Source of the DNA: Candidatus Saccharimonadota bacterium
GTDB lineage: Archaea > Nanobdellota > Nanobdellia > Pacearchaeales > GW2011-AR1
Assembly (NCBI GenBank): GCA_049511795.1
Contig: JBEKXS010000001.1
Span: 60,001-92,000, forward strand
Reading direction: 5' to 3'
DNA length: 32,000 nucleotides
Shown piece after piece: positions 24,768-32,000 of the stretch. The position numbers and the translations under genes are program-made. Below the pieces are notes generated by a model. It had not been told where the DNA came from. It saw only the letters and a program-made list of their open reading frames with translations, and searched no databases. Position 1 is the first letter of the stretch. The number at the start of each line of letters is the position of its first letter.

Positions 24768-26378
24768 ATGTTTAAGAACTCTTTAAAAAGAATTAAAATG
24801 AACAACTCCAAATTATTTCTTGTTGGAGTGATGATATCTTTATTTGTTATTGTCGCTCTTGTCCCTTCTCTAAATGCTATTTCTTCTAGCGATATTAATC
24901 AGTTTCTTCAGGAAAGTGTCACAAATCTTACAGTAACAATACACCAAAATGATGCACAAGCAAATTTATACTTAAATACAAAAGGAACATCTTTTGACCG
25001 GCAGATAATAACTTCAAATAATATCAATATTACAGATTTGCTGAATAAATTAGGAGAAACTTCTCTATGCAATAAACTACCTTTTAATTGTACTAATTTT
25101 AGTCTAACTTTTAATATTTCCGATGTCCTTAATGGAGTTAATTGGTCCATAGGAATAACAAAAGGATCAAACATAACTCAATTAAGTAATTTATCAACTT
25201 CAGAAAATGTTCCTCTTGAAATGATTAGTTCTGGTTGGCCGGATATAAGGTCAATTAACTTCTCAAACATAACGACCATCACAGAGATTAACAATTATCT
25301 AGCGGCACATTCTCTTAATTATACTTTTGACAGAAATATAACTTTCACAAAACAGGGGACAGATTACATTTTATGGAATAGCGACGGGTATGGGGATCTT
25401 GGTTCTGCAACAAAAGATAATATAAGAAAGATAATAAGTGATGATGTTGAAAGCATGACAATCCAGCAAATTGTTGATAAAGCAATTCCTGTGTTAAACA
25501 ATTTGTCAAATGGAAGCGGAGATACTCTTAACAGTTTATTGAATGGAACTAACTTGAATTTCATAGTAACTGCAGTTGATCTTTCAAAGGTTAATTTAGA
25601 GGATGGAAATTATGTTGTTCCTATTACAATTAGTGATGGGACAAATGCTTACACAAAGAAAATCTACTTAGTTTTGCAGGGAATTAAAAACATAGGAACT
25701 GATAATTCAACTGGAGGTGTTTATGAATCAAGCAACCCAGAAATTCAGAATTATCTTAATAATATAATAGGATTCAATGATGGAGCAGTAACTGTTTCAT
25801 TATTTGATGATGGTTCAAATTATCCATCAATTTCAGGAACTGTTATTAAATATCTAGATTTTACATTCACTCAGGGGATAACTGGAAGTGCAATAATTAA
25901 CTTTAAAATTCCTAATTACAAAAACATTGATCCAACAAGAATAGTTTTATACCATTTTGATGGAACAAATTGGAATCAATTATCAACACATTATAACGGT
26001 TTAGATAGCAGCAAAAATTATTTATTTGATGCAACAACAACAAGCTTCTCACCATTTGCAATAGTTGAAACAGTTGCACCCATTGCAATAGCGCCAGCAA
26101 TAGGTAATAATGGCGGAGTTTATGGAGGAACATTTGTAACAGCACCTATAGCAACAACTCCGGCTGTAACTACACCTACAGCTAATACTCCAACAACACC
26201 AACAGCAACAGGATTCAACTTCTTCAGGGCACTTGGTGCAGTCGTGGGAGCTCCTAACAGCACAGGAACAGGCATTGTAGTCTTTATTGTGGTTATCTTT
26301 ATTGTTGGCGGAGTAATTACAGTATTTGTAATGAATAGGAAGCCATCAAAGAAGAAAGCAGAAAAAGACGAAGAATAA
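24768..26378 (+). CDS. secreted, C-terminally membrane-anchored surface protein (paralog 2); alternative start at 24798
   Basis: Shares blocks with 21241-22743 (VTNLTVTIHQN..NLYLNT versus VTNITITIGQN..NFYMNT; SKVNLEDGNYVVPITISDGTN versus SKINFKNGSYTIPITIANGTN). Pro/Thr/Ala linker. TM segment followed by NRKPSKKKAEKDEE. Own TATA (TTTATAAA) at the start. Confidence 0.75.
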   Translation: MFKNSLKRIKMNNSKLFLVGVMISLFVIVALVPSLNAISSSDINQFLQESVTNLTVTIHQNDAQANLYLNTKGTSFDRQIITSNNINITDLLNKLGETSLCNKLPFNCTNFSLTFNISDVLNGVNWSIGITKGSNITQLSNLSTSENVPLEMISSGWPDIRSINFSNITTITEINNYLAAHSLNYTFDRNITFTKQGTDYILWNSDGYGDLGSATKDNIRKIISDDVESMTIQQIVDKAIPVLNNLSNGSGDTLNSLLNGTNLNFIVTAVDLSKVNLEDGNYVVPITISDGTNAYTKKIYLVLQGIKNIGTDNSTGGVYESSNPEIQNYLNNIIGFNDGAVTVSLFDDGSNYPSISGTVIKYLDFTFTQGITGSAIINFKIPNYKNIDPTRIVLYHFDGTNWNQLSTHYNGLDSSKNYLFDATTTSFSPFAIVETVAPIAIAPAIGNNGGVYGGTFVTAPIATTPAVTTPTANTPTTPTATGFNFFRALGAVVGAPNSTGTGIVVFIVVIFIVGGVITVFVMNRKPSKKKAEKDEE

Positions 26379-26380
26379 TT

Positions 26381-27115
26381 CTACAATTTCCCAACTCTTC
26401 CAAACTCATAAACCTTGTCGTCGCCGATGACATAAACCTTGAACTTCAAGATATCTTTTCTGGGAATTATTGAGAAAGAGTCAAGATGAGATTCTTTGTA
26501 CTCATTTACAGGGGTTCCTTCATAGAAGCCAACAAAACTTGGAACAACAATGAATGTTTTTCCTTTAATTTTTCCGACAAGGAAGCACTTGTAATCCTCT
26601 TTTTTAACCCCTGGCTTTTCTGCAAGCGTGACAGATGGATGCCTATGGCCTGAAACAACAATATTTATTTTTTTGTCGAAAACTTCTGGATAAGAAATAT
26701 GACCGTGAAGAAATGCCAAATCCCCCTCAATGTAATAATTTTTCAAGGGCAAACCAAGCTGCGAAGTGTCATGGTTTCCCTTTATTATTATAATGTCTTT
26801 TTCATTGACATATTCATGAAGAAACTCAAGAATTTTGTTGAAGTTCTTTTTTTCAGCGTATTCCCAGCTGAACATATGTTTGACATCTCCGATAAAAATC
26901 ACTTTCTTGATTTTCCATGAACTTTCCTCAATTTTTTTTATGATTTTCTTTAAGTCCTCTATAACCTCCTTGACCTGCTGTTCTGGAACAAGAATTCCTG
27001 ATTCAATCAGAGCTTCCTCATATCCAATATGCAAATCTCCTATTACAAGAATGCCTTCTTTTGGGAAGAAAAGGCATTTGTCAATTAACTCGTAGCGTGA
27101 TTGTAGTTGTGCCAT
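26381..27115 (-). CDS. metallophosphoesterase (calcineurin-like, MPE type associated with Lhr helicases)
   Basis: VIGDLHIG, FIGDVKH, IKGNHD, FLHGH, VSGHRHP are the metallophosphoesterase motifs in canonical order. Confidence 0.8.
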   Translation of the reverse strand: MAQLQSRYELIDKCLFFPKEGILVIGDLHIGYEEALIESGILVPEQQVKEVIEDLKKIIKKIEESSWKIKKVIFIGDVKHMFSWEYAEKKNFNKILEFLHEYVNEKDIIIIKGNHDTSQLGLPLKNYYIEGDLAFLHGHISYPEVFDKKINIVVSGHRHPSVTLAEKPGVKKEDYKCFLVGKIKGKTFIVVPSFVGFYEGTPVNEYKESHLDSFSIIPRKDILKFKVYVIGDDKVYEFGRVGKL

Positions 27116-27174
27116 TTTATTATCTTATTTTTAAAATATAAATCCTTAAAAACTCATCGGAATTATTATCATTA

Positions 27175-27375
27175 ATGGATATGTATTTGGACGGAGAATT
27201 TTACACTCCAGTTGCCTTTGATTCTTACAACGGGGTTTTATATTTCGCGCTTTTACCTATTGATTTAATGATGATAGAAGATTGTGTTAATGAAAAGGAA
27301 GGTGAGTTAGAGAGTTTGATAATTAGTAGTCAAGATATAGGAGATGCAGGAGAAAGAGTTTCTATAAAAGTTTAA
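27175..27375 (+). CDS. possible small acidic protein (66 aa), weakly supported
   Basis: ATG ORF in the 256-nt gap between lhr and the phosphoesterase gene. A TATA-like TTTAAAATATAAA lies upstream. The 3' end overlaps the lhr stop. No motif. Confidence 0.25.
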   Translation: MDMYLDGEFYTPVAFDSYNGVLYFALLPIDLMMIEDCVNEKEGELESLIISSQDIGDAGERVSIKV

Positions 27376-29972
27376 TCATTAATTTCTCCCTTCTTTATCA
27401 CATTCTGCATGTGAAGCTGATGCATTCTTCGCAAAAATGCCTGTTTGTCTTCAATCCTTATTAAATCAGAATGGCCCTGAAGGATAAGATTAAGAGCAAA
27501 CGGAGAAGGAATAGGAGTTTCAATCATCTTTATTTTTACTTTTCCTTGCTCTATCCAATGAAGAATTAGTTTTGCGCTTTCAACATCCATCAAATCCTCG
27601 AAAATCTCACGCCTTGCTTCTCGCAAAATGGGAAATTCATTGCTGATTTTCTTCACAGCTGCAAGAAGGAAATGGGATTTCATCTGCTGCTTTCCAACTG
27701 TTCTTCTTACTCCTTTGTAATTTCGCAGGATCATTAAAGCACGGGTTGCACAGTGACGAAAACGCCTTGCCAAAACATCTGTCCTGTCGATTGCTTCTTT
27801 AAGATATTTTTCAAGATTTTTTTCCTTTAATTCAGCTAAAGCACGAGTTATGATCATGTTTTCCCCTGAAAGGAAGAATCCATTATCAGAGATGCCAACT
27901 TGGATGTCCCTGCCTCCTAAAGCCCCTATCATGTATCCTATAGCCCTTGAGAGAGCATCATTTACTCTTCTGCCATAAAGAGTGTGGAATAAAAGATATT
28001 TTTTGTCATTATCTACAAATTTTTCAACAATTATTGTGCTTTCATCTGGAATTTCAAGGAAACTATACTGTTCTAGAAAATAATTGTAAATTGATTCTGC
28101 TGTTTCTTCAGGAACATAAAGATATCCTCTGATAAATTCAAGAATTTGTTTTTTTGGCTGCTTTGATTTCAGCTTTTTGTTCATGAGCGTACGAAATTGG
28201 TTTATTTCAAGGGCAGAATCAAAGCTTAAAGGAAGCATCTCTGAAAACCAAGATGGAATTGTTGGACTCTTTCTTACTTCTGAAGCAACATAAAGATTCA
28301 TTCCTCTTGTATATCTGTTAAGATATTTTTTTCCTCCAAGGACAAAAACATCTCCTGCCCTCATCCTGGAAAGAAATGTTTCATCAATCATCCCAACAAC
28401 TTCATCTGTTCCAGCTACTTTTACTTTGATAAAAGACTCTTCAGGAATTGTTCCAATGTTTGTTAAGTAAAGCACACGAGCCATCATTCCTCTTTTTCCT
28501 ATTTCCTTTGTCTCCTTGTCATACCAGATTTTTGCATAAACATGATTTTTTTCAAGCGCATATTCTCCTGACAAATAACTTATGACATCCATAAAATCAG
28601 AACGTGTCAAGTCTGAGTAACAATAGCTTTTTCTTAGCAAATTGAAAAGCTCCTGCTCTTTCCAAACTTTATAGATTGCCATTCCAAATATTTGCTGGGA
28701 GAGAACATCAAGGCAGTTTCTTGGAAAACGGATTTTGTTTATTTTTCTTTCAACCATTTCTTTCTGAATAACGGCGCATTCAACAAGATCATCTCGGTCA
28801 AGAATAATGAATCTTCCTTTCGCCATGCTGTGAAGCTGATGACCTGCACGTCCGAGACGCTGCAATGCACGCGAACTGCTTTTTGGAGAACCTAACATTA
28901 TAACCAAATCAATAAAACCAATATCAATTCCCAGTTCAAGAGATGTTGAGCATACGACAACTTTCAGTTTTCCTTGTCTAAGGCGTTCTTCAATATCATA
29001 TCTGTGCGCCTTGCTGAGCGAAGAGTGATGCGCAGCTATGTTTTCATCTCCATAAACTGTTGGATATCTTTCTTTCAGAAAATTAACAACACGCTCTGTT
29101 GCAGAACGCGTGTTTGTGAAAATCAATGTTGTTTTATGTTCCTGAACAAGCTTTGATACAAGATCATACATCTTAAGACTAAGTCCTTCATCTTCAACAA
29201 CGTTTTTTACAGGAGAAAGGACCTGGATATCAATCTTTTTTTCAAGATTTATTTTTGCAATTGAAACTTCACGATCATCTGAAATACCGACGAGAAATCG
29301 TGCAACTTCTGGCATTGGTTCTATTGTTGCGCTGAGACCAATTTTAACAGGCCAGCTTGTGCTTACTTCATTCAGCCTTTCAAGCGTAATGCTAAGATAT
29401 GCTCCACGCTTGTTGTCAAGAGAATGAATTTCATCTACAATGCAGAACTCAACTTCGCGAAGATTTTCTATGAAATTCTTGCTGGTAAGAATTATTGCAA
29501 GAGATTCAGGAGTTGTTACAAGAATATGAGGCGGATTTTTCAGCATTTTTGACTTTTCTGCAGCTGTTGTATCTCCTGTTCTGAGTGCAATCCTGATTTT
29601 CTGGAATTTTATTCCCTTTTTTTCAGCGAGTGCTTCGATATCATGCAAAGGTTCAATAAGATTTTTGTGAATATCATTGCTCAATGCTTTCAATGGGCTT
29701 GTATAAACAGCGTAGATCTTGTTCTTCAGCTCGTTTTTTTCTGCAAGAATTATCAAATGATTAAGAATAGAAAGAAAAGCTGTAAGTGTTTTTGTTCCGC
29801 CCGTTTCTGCAGAAATAAGAATGTTTTTTCTTTTCCAAATGTTGAGAACGCCATATTTTTGTGTTAATGAAAACTCCCAGAATTTTGAAAAAAACCATTC
29901 AGTAACAAGGGGATGAAGAATTTCCTTTATTTCAGCAACAGTGTTCTGCTTAGCTTCGATTATTTTTGTCAT
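27372..29972 (-). CDS. lhr: Lhr-type (Lhr-Core) superfamily 2 DEAD/DEAH-box helicase with C-terminal DEAD-associated domain
   Basis: Motif I AETGGTKT (deviant), motif II VDEIHS, motif III SAT, motif VI LQRLGRAGH. The long C-terminal WH/beta-barrel region is typical of Lhr. 866 aa. Confidence 0.85.
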   Translation of the reverse strand: MTKIIEAKQNTVAEIKEILHPLVTEWFFSKFWEFSLTQKYGVLNIWKRKNILISAETGGTKTLTAFLSILNHLIILAEKNELKNKIYAVYTSPLKALSNDIHKNLIEPLHDIEALAEKKGIKFQKIRIALRTGDTTAAEKSKMLKNPPHILVTTPESLAIILTSKNFIENLREVEFCIVDEIHSLDNKRGAYLSITLERLNEVSTSWPVKIGLSATIEPMPEVARFLVGISDDREVSIAKINLEKKIDIQVLSPVKNVVEDEGLSLKMYDLVSKLVQEHKTTLIFTNTRSATERVVNFLKERYPTVYGDENIAAHHSSLSKAHRYDIEERLRQGKLKVVVCSTSLELGIDIGFIDLVIMLGSPKSSSRALQRLGRAGHQLHSMAKGRFIILDRDDLVECAVIQKEMVERKINKIRFPRNCLDVLSQQIFGMAIYKVWKEQELFNLLRKSYCYSDLTRSDFMDVISYLSGEYALEKNHVYAKIWYDKETKEIGKRGMMARVLYLTNIGTIPEESFIKVKVAGTDEVVGMIDETFLSRMRAGDVFVLGGKKYLNRYTRGMNLYVASEVRKSPTIPSWFSEMLPLSFDSALEINQFRTLMNKKLKSKQPKKQILEFIRGYLYVPEETAESIYNYFLEQYSFLEIPDESTIIVEKFVDNDKKYLLFHTLYGRRVNDALSRAIGYMIGALGGRDIQVGISDNGFFLSGENMIITRALAELKEKNLEKYLKEAIDRTDVLARRFRHCATRALMILRNYKGVRRTVGKQQMKSHFLLAAVKKISNEFPILREARREIFEDLMDVESAKLILHWIEQGKVKIKMIETPIPSPFALNLILQGHSDLIRIEDKQAFLRRMHQLHMQNVIKKGEIND

Positions 29973-30054
29973 GTTTTATTTTTTCAAACAAGCTAGGAAT
30001 GATATTAATAATATGATATTAAATAACTTATGCACGACAGATTTTGGGATAAAA

Positions 30055-30297
30055 TTACCTTCTTTTTCTCTTGTAATATGCCTTTTCAGTCACGATAAGG
30101 TAAATTATTTCTGGAATTCCAAGAAGATTCACTATTAAAAATACAATAAACCACACAATATGATTCATTCTGGCAGATCTCCATAATGCAAGAGCTTTCC
30201 AGACAACTGTCCATATTACAACAAGCACGAAAAGAAGCACAAGCATTCCAACAGACATCCCAATATTGGATGCAATCATGTCTAATGTTGTAGCCAT
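30055..30297 (-). CDS. small two-TM membrane protein, hypothetical
   Basis: 80 aa. Contains ..WKALALWRSARMNHIVWFIVFLIVNLLGIPEIIYL.., a pattern I associate with a small-membrane-protein family common in CPR/DPANN genomes. TTTATAAA lies ~25 nt upstream. Confidence 0.55.
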   Translation of the reverse strand: MATTLDMIASNIGMSVGMLVLLFVLVVIWTVVWKALALWRSARMNHIVWFIVFLIVNLLGIPEIIYLIVTEKAYYKRKRR

Positions 30298-30460
30298 AGA
30301 CAGAATAAGCTGCCCGAGTTTATAAACTTTGCAAAAAATATATTGAGAAAATGTCTTTACAATTGTATATTCATGTTATTATATATCAGTAAGTATAAAT
30401 CTTTAAATACTTCCCGAAGTTCTGGTCTTCAATTATACAAGCTCTTGGGATAAAAGAGTG

Positions 30461-30486
30461 TTGCATATACAATAGGTTGTATACAA
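30461..30486. promoter_or_regulatory. tandem palindromes abutting the nrdR start (candidate operator)
   Basis: TTGCATATACAA (30461-30472, imperfect palindrome) and TTGTATACAA (30477-30486, perfect palindrome), 4 nt apart. The second ends at the A of the ATG. Confidence 0.35.
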
Positions 30487-30920
30487 TGAACTGCCCATAT
30501 TGCGGTGGAGATTCCAAGGTTACGGACAAGAGAGGCTCTCCTGAGGGAACGAGAAGGCGTCGTGAGTGCTTGAGATGTAAAAAGAGGTTTACCACTTACG
30601 AAAGATTGAGCCACGGCGATTTTTTTATAATTAAGAAAGATGGGCGCAGGGAGAAATATTCAAGGGAAAAGCTTGAAACCGGAGTTGAAAGGGCGTTTGA
30701 AAAGCGGCCTGTTGCAAAGGAAAAGATAACAAAAATGATAAACGAGATTGAAGAGCAGCTTGGAAAACTTGGAAAAAAAGAGGTTAAGAGTGCGTTCATT
30801 GGCGAGTTAGTCATGAAAAAAATAAAAAAGCTTGACAATGTTGCCTACATCAGATTTGCTTCTGTTTACCGTGATTTTCAGGACATAAAAGATTTCAAAA
30901 AGGAGCTGAAGGAACTGTAA
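30486..30920 (+). CDS. nrdR: transcriptional repressor NrdR (zinc ribbon + ATP-cone)
   Basis: MNCPYCGG...RRRRECLRCKKRFTTYE zinc ribbon, then an ATP-cone (IKKDGRREKYSREKLETGVERA...). The track ORF starts at TTG 30477 and the ATG is at 30486. Confidence 0.9.
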   Translation: MNCPYCGGDSKVTDKRGSPEGTRRRRECLRCKKRFTTYERLSHGDFFIIKKDGRREKYSREKLETGVERAFEKRPVAKEKITKMINEIEEQLGKLGKKEVKSAFIGELVMKKIKKLDNVAYIRFASVYRDFQDIKDFKKELKEL

Positions 30921-30921
30921 A

Positions 30922-32000
30922 ATGGGAACTATTAACTATTCTCGCCAAGAAATAAGAGTATATGACAAAGAAAGGCATGTTTCTGTTGAAGAAGCAAATG
31001 AATTATTAGGAAAAAATGATTTGTCTCCAGAATTATTAAAAACAGCAATGGAAACTGGGTTGATAAGAATATATAAATTCAATGGTGGCAAATACCTTGA
31101 CAGACTTGATATAGGTAGGGTTTATGAGAAACCTGTCACAGAAAAAAAAGGTCTTTCTATAGAAAGATTTTTTACAAGACAAGGAGAAAGTCCTTTAGAA
31201 ACAGAAAAATATTCACAAAAACATTTAGAAATAAAGACCAAGGATGGAAAAGTTATTTTTGAAATTGATGCAGAGTTCCCTGAATCATGGGATGAAAATT
31301 CTGCAAGAATAGTTGCTCAGAAATATTTCTTCAGACCCGTAGAATCAGAATGGCAGGAAAGAATAAAAAATAAAACTGGCTTTCCTGGGGAAAACTCATT
31401 GAAGCACTTAATTTCCAGAGTTACAAATTTTTTTGCGGATGAAGGAGAAAAAAGAGGCTATTTTGCAACTCCTGAAGACAAAAGTGCATTTAGGGATGAG
31501 CTATTGTGGTTACAGCTTCATAGAAGGGGCGCATTCAATTCTCCAGTACAGTTCAATGCAGGAATTTTTAATGAATACGGAATAAGGGGGAGCCATAGCA
31601 TAAATTTTTACAGAAACCCAGAAACAGGAGAAGTTATTAAAATGGAAAATCAAGAGTTCATGCATCCTCAGGCTCATGCCTGTTTTATTACAGGACCAAG
31701 AGATGATTTGGAAAGCATTCTTCAACATACTGTTAATGAAGGAGCAATTTTTAGCGCAGGTTCTGGTGTTGGGCAAGATATTGGAGCATTAAGAGAAGAA
31801 GGGGCTCCTTTATCTGGCGGTGGAAAATCTTCAGGACCATTGAGTTTCTTAAAAACAATGGATGATAATGCAGGAACAATAAAATCAGGAGGCAAAAGCA
31901 GAAGAGCTGCAAGAATGACAACAATGAGATATTACCATCCAGACATTATGAAATTCATCGAAGCGAAATTGAAAGAGGACAAAAAGGCTCTTACTTTAAT
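30922..32000 (+). CDS. nrdJ: class II (adenosylcobalamin-dependent) ribonucleotide reductase NrdJ, 5' portion (runs off the window)
   Basis: Not in the ORF track because it has no stop. Hand translation from the ATG at 30922: ..GLSIERFFT..PESWDENSARIVAQKYFF..AFNSPVQFNAG..HACFI..EGAIFSAGSGVGQDIGALREEGAPLSGGGKSSGPLSFLK..AGTIKSGGKSRRAARM..HPDIMKFIEAK. Starts 1 nt after the nrdR stop. Confidence 0.85.
   Translation, partial: MGTINYSRQEIRVYDKERHVSVEEANELLGKNDLSPELLKTAMETGLIRIYKFNGGKYLDRLDIGRVYEKPVTEKKGLSIERFFTRQGESPLETEKYSQKHLEIKTKDGKVIFEIDAEFPESWDENSARIVAQKYFFRPVESEWQERIKNKTGFPGENSLKHLISRVTNFFADEGEKRGYFATPEDKSAFRDELLWLQLHRRGAFNSPVQFNAGIFNEYGIRGSHSINFYRNPETGEVIKMENQEFMHPQAHACFITGPRDDLESILQHTVNEGAIFSAGSGVGQDIGALREEGAPLSGGGKSSGPLSFLKTMDDNAGTIKSGGKSRRAARMTTMRYYHPDIMKFIEAKLKEDKKALTL

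Noticed and set aside
22700-24770. The beta-barrel cassette as a simple metagenomic mis-assembly or bacterial contamination
   Set aside because: Both internal junctions are overlapping start/stop codons (14-nt and 4-nt overlaps), and the cassette is flanked on both sides by paralogous genes. A chimeric join would not be expected to produce this. It still needs read-level verification, so this is not fully excluded.
30355-30486. Canonical bacterial NrdR boxes upstream of nrdR
   Set aside because: Candidate 16-mers (around 30360-30377 and 30395-30410) and the two palindromes match the remembered consensus poorly. I report them only as a candidate operator of unknown specificity.

Overview
AT-rich window (about one-third GC by eye, not computed), densely coded, from an archaeon with a reduced, DPANN-like gene set. 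Archaeal markers: ribosomal proteins eS31 (S27ae) and eS24, Spt4, RNA polymerase subunit Rpo7/E', a class III signal-peptide pilin, diphthine-ammonia ligase, archaeal/eukaryal-type GluRS, TATA/BRE-like promoters about 25-30 nt upstream of the tRNAs and many start codons, and oligo-T terminators. I support about 45 features. These include housekeeping genes (hisS, a GluRS-like gene, IMPDH/GMPR family, ScpA, HtpX, NUDIX, GNAT, an ABC-2 exporter, an Lhr-type helicase with a metallophosphoesterase, and NrdR with a class II RNR), two tRNAs (His-GUG, Trp-CCA) and several unknowns. No rRNA, CRISPR array, transposase or integrase was seen. The most unusual locus is 21241-26378. A bacterial-style lipoprotein and a FadL/TodX/PorV-like outer-membrane beta-barrel protein (Sec signal peptide, C-terminal aromatic beta-signal) are translationally coupled to each other. 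They sit between two paralogous, sequon-rich, C-terminally anchored surface proteins. Other points worth a second look: a 488-nt intergenic region (14944-15431) with ordered direct repeats and a promoter-to-terminator structured candidate ncRNA; a GC-clamped hairpin element present twice (about 370 and about 15337); a GluRS lacking its anticodon-binding domain; a tRNA-His with tandem U-U mismatches 20 nt upstream of hisS; a three-gene operon of unknowns including a TIM-barrel protein split by a large insertion; and a bacterial-type NrdR regulator fused operonically to nrdJ. All protein family calls come from motif recognition by eye, with no database search run.
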